NCBI GenBank assembly: GCA_024276825.1
Contig: JAJRWI010000015.1
Location: 32,001-96,000 of the forward strand
Source: an archaeon
Lineage (GTDB): Archaea; Asgardarchaeota; Thorarchaeia; Thorarchaeales; Thorarchaeaceae
Reading direction: 5' to 3'
DNA: 64,000 nt
Under the pieces are notes generated by a model, which saw only the letters and a program-made list of their open reading frames with translations, had not been told where the DNA came from and ran no database searches. Positions within the stretch are counted from its first letter, which is position 1. Each line of letters opens with the position of its first letter. Both the position numbers and the translations under genes were made by a program. Shown here piece after piece: positions 19,393-28,925 of the stretch.

Positions 19393-20010
19393 TTGAGAGA
19401 GAGAGACCTTACTACAGCAGTTCTTGCTGGGGGCAATTCTGAACGATTTGGGTCATATAAGGCCCTTGCACACTTTAGAGGGACTCCTCTAATCAAACAT
19501 ATGGTAGAGATTGCAAAACATCTCTCCGAAAAGATACTGATTGTGGTTTCAAATGATGAGCAGAGAGCAGAGATTGAGAACATTGTTAGTAAAGTGAAGA
19601 TTGTTACTGATCCTGCAAACGCGCCACGTTGCGCTCTCACAGGAGCCATTACTGCCTTTGAGTTTGCAGACACAAAACACACTATGCTCCTGCCAGTTGA
19701 TACTCCCTTAGCAAGAGTGGAGATACTACAGATAATAGCTGATCTTGCAGGTCTACACGGAGCTGTGATTCCAACCTGGCCCAACGGGTACATTGAGCCA
19801 TTACATTCAGTGTATCATTCAGAGCATGCATATGGCCAAGGGCTCAAGGTCATCCGTGAAGGTAGTCACAAAATGAAGGACATGATAGCCTCCCTTGAAA
19901 ACGTGCTTGGGATCTCAACACATGTGTTGAAGCAGTTTGATCCGGATCTGTTGACCTTCAGGAATGTCAACACAAGGGATGATCTGAGAGAACTTGAGAG
20001 ATTGGTCTAG
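19393..20010 (+). CDS. mobA: Molybdenum cofactor guanylyltransferase
   Basis: LAGGNSERFG, PVDTP, EPLHSVY, NVNT. Confidence 0.85.
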   Translation: MRERDLTTAVLAGGNSERFGSYKALAHFRGTPLIKHMVEIAKHLSEKILIVVSNDEQRAEIENIVSKVKIVTDPANAPRCALTGAITAFEFADTKHTMLLPVDTPLARVEILQIIADLAGLHGAVIPTWPNGYIEPLHSVYHSEHAYGQGLKVIREGSHKMKDMIASLENVLGISTHVLKQFDPDLLTFRNVNTRDDLRELERLV

Positions 20011-21086
20011 AGGGCTCCGCTCTCATGATGAATTCTGCAAGTGCCTTCATGGCCGACCATACATGGGCCATATGGGTCTTCGGGAGTGCATCGTTTTCCA
20101 AAGAGCTTGCACTCTTTGGGTTCTATCATTCCCAAAATGACCTCATGGCATCTACAGCCCGGCAGAATGTCAATCGACTCGATTGGGGAAAAGTCGTATC
20201 TTTCGCGTGCATCATGTCTTGCGAACTCATCACGAATGTAGTATCCTGATTTCTTGATGACTCCGAGACCTCGCCATGGTGCGTCATCAATATAGAATGC
20301 GTGCCTGAGCATCTTCTGTGCCACAAGGTTGCCCTCTGGCTTGACTACACGGGTATACTCGTTCTCAGAAGTCGCCCTGCCATCATTAATCTGGTTAAGG
20401 ATCATTCTAATTGCCTCTAGTACATCAAGAGGCTCAAACCCTGCGGCCACACAGGGCACCCTGTGTTTTTCCGCAAAGGGCCTGAATGCGTTTGTTCCAA
20501 TGATTGTGCTCACATGCCCTGGTGTAATAAAGCCATCAACATTGAACCCTTCAAGGCTGACGAGTATCTCCATTGCTGGGGGAATTACCTTAAGAGATGT
20601 GAGAATGGAGAAGTTATCAGGAGGCCCCCTCAGAATCTCAACAGCCATTGTGGGTGCAGTGGTCTCGAAACCAGCACCGATGAAGATCACATCCTTTTCA
20701 GGGTTCGCCTTTGCAATCTCGACTGCCTCATTTACGCCGTAAACTACTCTAACATCAGCGCCACGCATCCGCTCTTTCACTAGGGAAGAGGAAGTGGATG
20801 GGACTTGAATCATGTCTCCAAATGATGTAATAATGTGTCCCATTCGTGCCAACTCAATTGCCATATCAACGTCCTCAGCGGCACATACACAGACGGGACA
20901 TCCTGGACCAGCCACAAGTTTGATGTTATTTGGCAGAATCGAGCGTAATCCATGCCTTGTGATTGTGTCTTCATGAGTACCACATACATGAACAATTCGA
21001 ATGTTCTTCCCTTCACTCAATTGTTCAATTTCCTGAGCAATGGCCTTGGCATATTTAGAATCTCGGAAAGGACGAGTGTCAATCAT
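20007..21086 (-). CDS. hypD: Hydrogenase maturation protein HypD
   Basis: VCGTHE, GPGCPVC, GFETT, PGHVS, GPCMV. Confidence 0.95.
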   Translation of the reverse strand: MIDTRPFRDSKYAKAIAQEIEQLSEGKNIRIVHVCGTHEDTITRHGLRSILPNNIKLVAGPGCPVCVCAAEDVDMAIELARMGHIITSFGDMIQVPSTSSSLVKERMRGADVRVVYGVNEAVEIAKANPEKDVIFIGAGFETTAPTMAVEILRGPPDNFSILTSLKVIPPAMEILVSLEGFNVDGFITPGHVSTIIGTNAFRPFAEKHRVPCVAAGFEPLDVLEAIRMILNQINDGRATSENEYTRVVKPEGNLVAQKMLRHAFYIDDAPWRGLGVIKKSGYYIRDEFARHDARERYDFSPIESIDILPGCRCHEVILGMIEPKECKLFGKRCTPEDPYGPCMVGHEGTCRIHHESGAL

Positions 21087-21154
21087 AATGAATCAGACCA
21101 TCAATGCAATGATTATTCTGCATAAAAGAAGTAGGCTATGGCAAGGCAATCAGA

Positions 21155-21472
21155 TCAATGAGTTTGAAGAGTGACGAACTCATCAATTATGACCATTGCC
21201 TCGCCAAGTGATATTGACAGTAGACTGGCCAATTGTTTTGGCGTTATAGAAGGATTATTGTTCAGAATATTGTTCCATGCGTATCCTGCAATATTGGGAT
21301 ACAGTGGATTTCTCTTGACAGTTTCCACCAGAATCTCCCAGAAGTATGTACGTTTTAGCTCAGCAATATTAGTATCCAGCATTGGTAATGGAACACTTCC
21401 ACTGCTCACAATTTCAGGAGGTTGAATTGGAGAATCATCATCACTGAGATCAGATAGCCTTGCCTGTTTCAC
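21155..21472 (-). CDS. Hypothetical protein with C-terminal HTH-like segment
   Basis: ITPKQLASLLSISLGEA. Confidence 0.5.
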   Translation of the reverse strand: MKQARLSDLSDDDSPIQPPEIVSSGSVPLPMLDTNIAELKRTYFWEILVETVKRNPLYPNIAGYAWNNILNNNPSITPKQLASLLSISLGEAMVIIDEFVTLQTH

Positions 21473-21690
21473 TTAGACGTCCCTTCCCGGCGTTATACGA
21501 GTCTGGGCTAAGACTCGAAGTAATAATGGAACTATCCCATTATAAGCATTGAGGCGTTCTGTTATGCATTTTAGTTAGAATAGATGATGATTTGATTAAA
21601 TAAGTAGCAGCGATGAAAAGGACTACGTAGGAATATTTAACAGTCTATTATGATGAGGACTACAAGAAATAGACCACTAAGGTCAATAAT

Positions 21691-22005
21691 ATGGGGTTTG
21701 GAATCAAAGTGCCTGAAGGAATAAGGCGCCTAGTACTAGATGTTTTGAAACCACACGAACCGTTGTTAACGGATTTAGCGTTAATGGTGTCTCGTGATAA
21801 AAATGTGAGTGGAGTGAACATCAGCCTGAAAGAGGTTGATCAGAACACAGAGTCTATCACCATCACACTTGAGGGTGATAATCTGGACTATATGGCAATC
21901 AAAGAGATTCTTGAGCAGGCGGGTGCAGTCATCCACTCAATAGATCAGGTTGTAGCAGGTCGAAGATTCGTTGAGGAAGTGAATTTGCAACCAGAGAATA
22001 GTTAG
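21691..22005 (+). CDS. DUF211 family protein
   Basis: IRRLVLDVLKPHEP...GAVIHSIDQV. Confidence 0.88.
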   Translation: MGFGIKVPEGIRRLVLDVLKPHEPLLTDLALMVSRDKNVSGVNISLKEVDQNTESITITLEGDNLDYMAIKEILEQAGAVIHSIDQVVAGRRFVEEVNLQPENS

Positions 22006-22006
22006 T

Positions 22007-22663
22007 TCATGGCGACTTGCCATGTATCTCTGAGAGCAATTTTTCACTCTCCTCCTCTATTTTACGCTGAACTAGATTAAACAGTTCCTGCTCGAAGGCA
22101 GAGGGAAGAATTTTTACAACATTAATGAGTTGATCAACAATTTTCTCAGTCAGAGCATCAGCCGCTTTGAAAACGCCCTTTACAATGCTTCTGACAATTT
22201 CTTCACCCACACTATTACGAACAACTGAATTGATCACAGAAGTGATTGTTCCCTGCGGGTCTAAGAAGAAGGGCAGATGATTCTTGTCCCGGAGTACTGC
22301 AAAACCCAGTTTTTCAGCAATACACTCAGTATACCATTCAAGACTGGACTCTTTCAGCAACAGCTTGTTTGCAAACTCGGTCTTTGTGAGGGGGTTTGGA
22401 TAACTCCATGCATGCCGAATTACCATGTACAAGGCGGCACCGAAGAACGGCTCTGACTCGCGAGGGAGACCTTCCTGAAACACATATCTGCGTATGAGAT
22501 CAAGAGCAAGAAACTCATACCTTTCGTCCACATTATATTCTGCAAAGAATTCATGAGCATCTCTCACTGTATTCACGATAATGTGGGGACTCGCACCAAT
22601 GTCAATACCCTCGCTATGATACAAATCACGCATATCTCCATGCATTATTAGTTGATAACTCAT
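22007..22663 (-). CDS. Hypothetical protein with a single TFIIB/cyclin-like repeat
   Basis: GAALYMVIR...PLTKTEFA...SSL...IAEKLG resembles the TFB repeats in this window. Confidence 0.5.
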   Translation of the reverse strand: MSYQLIMHGDMRDLYHSEGIDIGASPHIIVNTVRDAHEFFAEYNVDERYEFLALDLIRRYVFQEGLPRESEPFFGAALYMVIRHAWSYPNPLTKTEFANKLLLKESSLEWYTECIAEKLGFAVLRDKNHLPFFLDPQGTITSVINSVVRNSVGEEIVRSIVKGVFKAADALTEKIVDQLINVVKILPSAFEQELFNLVQRKIEEESEKLLSEIHGKSP

Positions 22664-22723
22664 GATTAAAGCTTAATATTTCTGTTGCATAGAATAGCAG
22701 TGGGGCGCGTTAAGAAACTCCAG

Positions 22724-23314
22724 TCATTTTTCCTTGTATGTCTTCTCAAGAGTCCAACGAACACGTCTCTGAATATCTTTAAGGCGCTCCTCACTTCCAT
22801 AGTTCTTTATCACGAGTTTCTTCAATATTCCATCTTCTGCAATCACTTCAAAATCAAAGGCGTCATTCCATTCAATCTCGCCATTCTCCACCCTGTGCCT
22901 GTCCTCTTGTTGATATCCGCCCAATGTGCGTTCGGTCAGAAATCTGGCAAAGGCACCGAGTTTGATGTCATATACAGCATGGTCAGCAGGGATTATTGTG
23001 ATTGTGCGTTCATCCACTATCATTGTTGCAAGATTTAGATTGCGTTGCTTGTTCATCAGGACAATCTCATATGGGAATGTACGCTCGGGCGGTTTGGTCA
23101 TGGAAGCTTGTGGTGCGGATGAGGATGTAGGAGGTTCAGCTTTAAGGCCAACATCAGCAGTCGAAAAGCTGCTTTTGCTAATCATCGAGTCAATCAGTTG
23201 CAAGTATTCCTCTAATTTGGCAGTCATGCTTGTTACCTTGTCAATATACTCCACAATGCCTTTCTTCAGGGCCAGGAGGTTCTTGATGGTTTCATCATCC
23301 ATGGTCAGCACCAA
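22724..23314 (-). CDS. Hypothetical protein (N-terminal coiled coil)
   Basis: Long ORF, protein-like; no family recognised. Confidence 0.65.
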   Translation of the reverse strand: MVLTMDDETIKNLLALKKGIVEYIDKVTSMTAKLEEYLQLIDSMISKSSFSTADVGLKAEPPTSSSAPQASMTKPPERTFPYEIVLMNKQRNLNLATMIVDERTITIIPADHAVYDIKLGAFARFLTERTLGGYQQEDRHRVENGEIEWNDAFDFEVIAEDGILKKLVIKNYGSEERLKDIQRRVRWTLEKTYKEK

Positions 23315-23395
23315 CTCTGCAGTGCAATTCTTTCACACTATAACATATGATATCTTGTGTTATTGAATTCATGCATTACGTATTTCAAGAAAGAA

Positions 23396-23617
23396 TCATT
23401 CTTCTGCATGGACCGAGATGGCAAAATCCGGGCATTCTAGCTCGCACAGGCGACAGAGCTTGCATGCATCCAAATCTACAACCTCGGGCAGGAAGAAGCC
23501 TCTATTATCAACATGTTCAGAAACCTTGAGGACATTCTGAGGACACACATGAATGCAAATGTGGCATCCTTTACAGAGTTTGGCATCTATGATTATCGTT
23601 GATGCTTTCCTTGCCAT
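23396..23617 (-). CDS. 2x[4Fe-4S] ferredoxin (2-oxoacid oxidoreductase delta-like)
   Basis: CKGCHICIHVCP and CKLCRLCELECPDFAI. Confidence 0.9.
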   Translation of the reverse strand: MARKASTIIIDAKLCKGCHICIHVCPQNVLKVSEHVDNRGFFLPEVVDLDACKLCRLCELECPDFAISVHAEE

Positions 23618-23736
23618 TTATTGTTCCTCATGTCGAGCCTGAGCTATTAGTGATATAACAATTCTCATAGGTCAATTTTTGAGTGATGATTATATATTGC
23701 AAGTCAGTATTTGAGATATAATAAGGTGATTATTGC

Positions 23737-24453
23737 TTGAGGTCTTTCCTTGTGTTTGCCTGCCCAAAGTGCAAGAACTTTACGAATGCGCCTGTTGGAC
23801 AGAAGAGAAGACGTTGCAGCTATTGTGGTCATATAATTGATATCTCAAGGGCGCAATGTGCTCATTTTGACAGTCCAGAGGCTGCACAACATGCAGTAAA
23901 GGAGTTCAATGCCTCCCGGGGCGGTGACGAGTTTCAGAGGGCAGTAGAGCGCTCAAGAGAAAAGATACGATCATTGGTGCCACGAGAAAGAGTTTCAGGA
24001 GCGGGTCTGGTTGAAGAGGGCACTCGAACCCTACAGACTGGGAAGAGAAGGGTGTTGTTGAATCTTCTCGAACAGTCAGCCAGTCAGAAACCGTGTTCAT
24101 TGGATGAGTTTGCAGAGTTGTGCAGAAGACACAATCTGGACTGGTCATGGGTGGAGGAGCAATTGATCAAGTTGTCCAATCAAGGAGTGATTATATTTCC
24201 GAGGCCCTGGTCAATTCGGATTGTTCAGACTCAGAGTCATTCAAAAGCCAAGAAGTCAGCGTCAGCAGACATCACAGGAGAGGTGCGTCATTTTCTCCAT
24301 GAACATGGGGGTTCAGCAAAGGTTAGTGATATCATCAGTCATTTCAGTGACAGAGGGATTGCCGAGTCCTTGGTTGATAAGGCCCTAGACAAGATGATGC
24401 GCTCTGGCGAGATATATCAACCTAGTGCGAGTGAGGTCAAGCTGATAGATTAG
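23737..24453 (+). CDS. Zn-ribbon (DUF1922-like) plus winged-helix domains protein
   Basis: CPKC...CSYCG; two wH-like segments (LSNQGVIIFP, MMRSGEIYQP). Confidence 0.6.
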   Translation: MRSFLVFACPKCKNFTNAPVGQKRRRCSYCGHIIDISRAQCAHFDSPEAAQHAVKEFNASRGGDEFQRAVERSREKIRSLVPRERVSGAGLVEEGTRTLQTGKRRVLLNLLEQSASQKPCSLDEFAELCRRHNLDWSWVEEQLIKLSNQGVIIFPRPWSIRIVQTQSHSKAKKSASADITGEVRHFLHEHGGSAKVSDIISHFSDRGIAESLVDKALDKMMRSGEIYQPSASEVKLID

Positions 24454-24481
24454 TTCAATAGGCTTTGAATCATGATAATAG

Positions 24482-24880
24482 ATGAGAATTATGCCCATTG
24501 TTGAACTGGTCGCAAAGAAGGCCCTTGAGAGGAATCCAAGCCTAGGGATTAGTGTGATTGACATGATAGTACTCCTATGGCTCTATACCAATCCATACTC
24601 CAGCCATAGGAGACAGATCAGCAGCATGAAAAATGTTCTAAAGATGACAGAGAGCTTGCAGGGTGCAGCTGGTACTGTAGAGATCACCGATGAGGAGCTG
24701 ACACAGATTGTCCTCTCAAGTCTCACAAGATTGAAAGAAATGGGTCTTGTGTATCTTCAGTCAGCAGGCATACATTTCATAAAGGGAACACTCACACAGA
24801 AAGGGATAGATCTCATTGAGGAGTCCATCCAGACACCAGTACTAAGGAGGGTGACCTCAGAGTTTGGTAACAACCCATGA
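24482..24880 (+). CDS. Winged-helix DNA-binding protein
   Basis: SLTRLKEMGLV...LTQKG. Confidence 0.6.
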   Translation: MRIMPIVELVAKKALERNPSLGISVIDMIVLLWLYTNPYSSHRRQISSMKNVLKMTESLQGAAGTVEITDEELTQIVLSSLTRLKEMGLVYLQSAGIHFIKGTLTQKGIDLIEESIQTPVLRRVTSEFGNNP

Positions 24881-24948
24881 GATAGAATTTCTGTTGAAAA
24901 GGTATTGAAGCGAATGTTTAAATGTAAAATGTTTCCGAAAAGCCAAGT

Positions 24949-25116
24949 CGCTCTCTGATGACGACTGTTTCAGAACAGAAGGAAGCAGTGCAAGCCTCTG
25001 GTTCTGCTCGCGAGAACGGCTTGTAAACGTGTGCCGGAAATGTTCTGAAGTGGTCGATTAGGGCGCCAAAAGGACTGACACCTTACGCATAAGTAGTGCG
25101 TAGTAATTGCACAGTC
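24949..25116 (+). ncRNA. Candidate structured leader RNA of the ribosomal protein operon
   Basis: 16-bp stem 24962-24977/25041-25056 with 3 G-U pairs; nested 8-bp and 5-bp stems; second domain 25073-25116. Confidence 0.55.
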
Positions 25117-25137
25117 AAAACACCTGAGGTGAGGCAA

Positions 25138-25602
25138 ATGCCATCATATGGATATTCGATCATAGGCATCGATCCTGACAGAACAGCAGTAGCCAGTGGC
25201 AGGAATATGCGATGTTCCCCAAAGCATAGCAGAGAGATATGTAATACTATCAAGGGAATGATGCTTGACAAGGCAATAGAGCTATTAGAGAGTGTGATCG
25301 AGCAAAAAGCTTGGATTCCTTATAGACGACATAAGAAGAAGAGGGGTCATCATTCAGGAATGAAGAAGTGGATGGCAGGAGGTCACCCTGTAAAGGCGTC
25401 CAAATACATTCTCAAGGTGCTCAAGAATGCGGAAGCCAATGCTGATGACAAAGGACTTGATATCGATAGACTAAGAGTGTTTCATGCAGCTGCACATAAA
25501 GGCAGAACATACAAGGCGTACATTGAGAGAGCATTTGGAAGAAGCACTCCATATTTTGAGATTACCACTCATGTTGAAATTGTATTGGAAGAGGTGGGCT
25601 AG
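25138..25602 (+). CDS. rpl22: 50S ribosomal protein uL22
   Basis: SPKHSREIC, NAEANA, RAFGRSTP, THVEIVL; SD GAGGTGAGG. Confidence 0.95.
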   Translation: MPSYGYSIIGIDPDRTAVASGRNMRCSPKHSREICNTIKGMMLDKAIELLESVIEQKAWIPYRRHKKKRGHHSGMKKWMAGGHPVKASKYILKVLKNAEANADDKGLDIDRLRVFHAAAHKGRTYKAYIERAFGRSTPYFEITTHVEIVLEEVG

Positions 25603-26484
25603 TTGTCTGCTGTTAAATACTTCATAGATATGAACTCCAGGAAGCTCCGAGTAGATGAGTATCTCGCACGAGAACTCAACTCTGCTGGTTATGGTGGAGT
25701 CGACATTCGAAAGATCTCGATGAAGACAGAAGTGATAATCTATGCTTCTAGACCTGGTGTTGTCATTGGAAGGCGAGGGGCAAAGATCAGGGAGTTGACA
25801 GACACTCTTGAAAACGAGTTTGGCATAGAGAAGCCACAGATTGAAGTCAGTGAGATCGAGTCGCCATGGCTAAATGCTCAGGTAATGGCTTCAAGACTGG
25901 CCAGACAGCTTGAGAGGGGTGTCAGATTCAGAAGGATGGCATATTGGATACTGAGAAGAGTAATGCGTGCAGGAGCAATCGGTTGTGAGATCATTATTAG
26001 TGGAAAACTATCAAGCAGAAGAGCACGTTATCAGAAGTTTAGGCAGGGCACTATTGCCAAGACTGGTGAACCATCCGACCTTTATGTCGACGAGGCTTAC
26101 GACATTGCCATTTTGAAACCAGGAGTGATTGGAATTAAAGTCAGGATAATGAAGCCTGATGCGAAACTTCCGGGGATTATAAATGTGAAAGTACCAAAGG
26201 TGCGTAAGGCCACCGAACTAACTCGTAAACCAGAAGTCATTGAGGAGGTGCCTGAGGGGGCAGAGGCCATTGAGGAGGTGCCTGAGGGAATAGCTGACAT
26301 TGAAGAGCTTCGTGAGCTTGAGGAGCTTGATGGCTTAGAACTACTAGATGAAACAGAGGTGGAGCCAGAAGAACCACCCGCAGAAGAGAAGCCTCCAGAA
26401 GAGGAGGAGGAGGCCGTGGACACATCTTCAGTGGATGATCTGAGCGAGTTGGACGAATTGGATAACCTTGACAAGGAGGAGTAA
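25603..26484 (+). CDS. rps3: 30S ribosomal protein uS3 with acidic C-terminal extension
   Basis: RPGVVIGRRG KH domain, GCEIIISGK. Confidence 0.95.
   Translation: MSAVKYFIDMNSRKLRVDEYLARELNSAGYGGVDIRKISMKTEVIIYASRPGVVIGRRGAKIRELTDTLENEFGIEKPQIEVSEIESPWLNAQVMASRLARQLERGVRFRRMAYWILRRVMRAGAIGCEIIISGKLSSRRARYQKFRQGTIAKTGEPSDLYVDEAYDIAILKPGVIGIKVRIMKPDAKLPGIINVKVPKVRKATELTRKPEVIEEVPEGAEAIEEVPEGIADIEELRELEELDGLELLDETEVEPEEPPAEEKPPEEEEEAVDTSSVDDLSELDELDNLDKEE
26238..26288 (+). repeat. 21-nt direct repeat at 30-nt period in the uS3 tail (IEEVPEG x2)
   Basis: cattgaggaggtgcctgaggg at 26238 and 26268. Confidence 0.85.
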
Positions 26485-26486
26485 TT

Positions 26487-26699
26487 ATGGCTAGACTTAC
26501 TGCTAAAGACATTCGGAACCTCACCCCCACAGAGAGAGAGAAGAAGCTAGAGGAGCTCTATAACGAGCTATCCAGTGTCAGGATTCAATTGGCCACAGGT
26601 GGGGGTACTGAGAACCCATACAAGATTCGTTCAATCAAGAGGGCAATAGCCCGAATCTTAACAATTCAGAGAGAAGAAGAACTGGAGGCTTTGAAGTGA
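26487..26699 (+). CDS. rpl29: 50S ribosomal protein uL29
   Basis: ENPYKIRSIKRAIARILT. Confidence 0.95.
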   Translation: MARLTAKDIRNLTPTEREKKLEELYNELSSVRIQLATGGGTENPYKIRSIKRAIARILTIQREEELEALK

Positions 26700-26980
26700 A
26701 CATTGAACCTATGAGTATTATCAATGCAGAATTAATAGGTCTTCACACTCATGTGGTTGCTTCCAGTGATCCGGGTCAAGTGTGTAATGAAGGCAAGATA
26801 ATAGATGAAACACGCGAGATGTTCTACATAAAACAGGACAGCAGAGTGATCAAAGTTCCAAAGAGTATTGCTGTGTTTGACTTCACTTTACCAGATGGCA
26901 CAATTGTGAGAGTGAATGGTAAGATACTGAGGGGACGGCCTGAAGAGAGACTGAAGAAGAGCCTGAGGAGGAGATGGTGA
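26696..26980 (+). CDS. rnp1: RNase P protein component 1 (Rpp29/Pop4)
   Basis: ELIGL...GKIIDET...VPK...GRPEERLKK; canonical operon position. Confidence 0.92.
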   Translation: MNIEPMSIINAELIGLHTHVVASSDPGQVCNEGKIIDETREMFYIKQDSRVIKVPKSIAVFDFTLPDGTIVRVNGKILRGRPEERLKKSLRRRW

Positions 26981-26981
26981 G

Positions 26982-27344
26982 ATGGCCAAGGCAGGACAAA
27001 AAGTTCGAAACATTGGAATCCCAAATATTGAACCGCCAGAGAGAACATGTGATGATCCAAACTGTCCATTCCATGGAAGCCTACCTGTAAGAGGTAGAAT
27101 CATGGAGGGCATTATAACAAGCGTGAAGATGCACAAGACAATAACGTTTCAGATGGATTATCTGGCACTTATCAAGAAATACATGAGATATGAGAGAAGG
27201 CGTTCAAAGAAGCATGCACACCTTCCACCATGTCTGGATGCCAAACCAGGCGACACTGTGAGAGTTGTTGAGTGTAGACCATTAAGCAAGACCGTATCAT
27301 GCGTAGTAGTTTCGGTGACACCTGCAAAGATAGAGGAGGAGTGA
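26982..27344 (+). CDS. rps17: 30S ribosomal protein uS17
   Basis: CDDPNCPFHG, ECRPLSKT. Confidence 0.95.
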   Translation: MAKAGQKVRNIGIPNIEPPERTCDDPNCPFHGSLPVRGRIMEGIITSVKMHKTITFQMDYLALIKKYMRYERRRSKKHAHLPPCLDAKPGDTVRVVECRPLSKTVSCVVVSVTPAKIEEE

Positions 27345-27348
27345 AAGA

Positions 27349-27771
27349 ATGTCAAGAAAGGTCGGTCGAGGAATCAGAAAGTTCATTCCTAGAATTGCAC
27401 GAGGCCTCCCGATTGGAGCAAAGATCATCTGCGCAGACAACTCAGGAGCTCGTGAGTTGAGGATAATCACTGTTCTTGGCTATAAGGGTAAGCTTAGGAA
27501 GCTTGGTAAAGCAGGCATTGGAGACCGTGTCAATGTGTCTGTGACCAAGGGCAAGCAGGAGATGAGAAAGCAGGTGCTTCAAGCTGTGATTGTTCGTCAG
27601 AGGAAGCCCTACAGAAGACCAGATGGTACATGGATGCAGTTTGAGGATAATGCTGCCGTGTTGATCAAGCCAGGCGGTGAGCCACAAGGTTCTGAACTCA
27701 GAGGTCCCATGGCACGAGAGGTCACCCTGCGATGGCCAAGAGTGGCTGCCATTGCATCGAAAATTGTGTGA
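27349..27771 (+). CDS. rpl14: 50S ribosomal protein uL14
   Basis: CADNSGA, AVIVRQRK, FEDNAAV. Confidence 0.95.
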   Translation: MSRKVGRGIRKFIPRIARGLPIGAKIICADNSGARELRIITVLGYKGKLRKLGKAGIGDRVNVSVTKGKQEMRKQVLQAVIVRQRKPYRRPDGTWMQFEDNAAVLIKPGGEPQGSELRGPMAREVTLRWPRVAAIASKIV

Positions 27772-27782
27772 GGTTGAGATAG

Positions 27783-28169
27783 ATGACAAAGAAACCGAGT
27801 CCAAAGTCCCCACGGAAGCAGCGAAGGCGGATTTACAAAGCCCCCCTTCATGCTAAGAGAAAGTTCCTCAGATGCAGATTGGATCAGTTCTTGCAGGAAG
27901 AGTATGGTCTACGTAATCTTCCTATAAAGAAGGGAGACCTTGTGAAAGTTATGAGAGGACAGTTTAGAGACACAGAAGGCAAAGTAGTAGGCGTGGACTA
28001 CAGCAAGGTTCGTGTCTATATTGACAGTGCGACCACAAACAAGGCCAATGGCACAGAGGTGCAAATACCAATCCATCCTTCCAATCTCATGATTGTCAAA
28101 TTAGAGCTGGACAATGAGAGAAAACAACTCATAGAGAGTAAAATGGTCCAGATTGCGGAGAGTGAGTAA
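27783..28169 (+). CDS. rpl24: 50S ribosomal protein uL24
   Basis: PRKQRR, KKGDLVKVMRG, IHPSNL. Confidence 0.95.
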   Translation: MTKKPSPKSPRKQRRRIYKAPLHAKRKFLRCRLDQFLQEEYGLRNLPIKKGDLVKVMRGQFRDTEGKVVGVDYSKVRVYIDSATTNKANGTEVQIPIHPSNLMIVKLELDNERKQLIESKMVQIAESE

Positions 28170-28925
28170 ATGGCAAGAAGAGGCCAAAAGAAACATCTGA
28201 AAAGACTACCAGCACCAAGACACTGGCCCATTAAGAGAAAGGCAGGAAAGTTCACAACCAGAGTTATTCCTGGCCCTCATCCAAAGGAGCACTGCTTGAC
28301 TCTTGCAATCCTCCTTAGAGAGGTTCTTAGTTATGCTGAGAACATGAGAGAAGTGAAGGCCATATTGAACACTGGCCAAGTCATTGTGGATGGCCGTGTG
28401 AGAAAGGAGCCTCGCTATCCAGTAGGACTTATGGATGTAATAGAGATCAAGAACTCTGGCGACAGATTCAGACTCTTACCAAAGAAGGGTGGTGGTCTCA
28501 GACTAGTCAGAATTGATGAGAGCGAGATCGGATACAAGCTCTGCAGAATTGAGAAGAAGATAATGGTGCCTGGCGGAAAGCTTCAGATGACACTTCACGA
28601 CGGAAGAAACATTTTGTTGGCTGATGGTGAGAAGCCATCAGACTATAAGACTTTGGACACATTGAAAATCACTGTTCCAGAGCAGAAACTTGTTTCGAAG
28701 ATTCCTCTTGAAACAGGTGTATACGCAATCGTCACGCAAGGCCGAAACATCGGAATCGAGGGCAAAGTTGTTGAGATTGAGAGAAGATTTGGTACTCATG
28801 CCAGTACTGTGACAATTGAAGACCCTAATGGTAATAGATTCCAGACAGCTCTCGAGTATGTATTCGCTGTTGGCAAGGATAAACCCGAAGTAAGTCTTAG
28901 TTATGAGGGGGTTGTTAACGAATGA
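28170..28925 (+). CDS. rps4e: 30S ribosomal protein eS4
   Basis: HLKRLPAPRHW, PGPH, PVGLMDVI. Confidence 0.95.
   Translation: MARRGQKKHLKRLPAPRHWPIKRKAGKFTTRVIPGPHPKEHCLTLAILLREVLSYAENMREVKAILNTGQVIVDGRVRKEPRYPVGLMDVIEIKNSGDRFRLLPKKGGGLRLVRIDESEIGYKLCRIEKKIMVPGGKLQMTLHDGRNILLADGEKPSDYKTLDTLKITVPEQKLVSKIPLETGVYAIVTQGRNIGIEGKVVEIERRFGTHASTVTIEDPNGNRFQTALEYVFAVGKDKPEVSLSYEGVVNE

Noticed and set aside
21113-21157. TGA read-through of 21155-21472 would give U-S-D-C (UxxC)
   Set aside because: The protein has no redox-fold features and the extension runs through the probable hypD promoter; likely chance
24958-25058. Leader hairpin as a eukaryote-type SECIS (AUGA...GA) or SRP RNA (GAAGGAAGCAG)
   Set aside because: The AUGA/GA quartet is out of register with the helix and the apical part is too large; SRP helix 8 pairing and the Alu domain are absent
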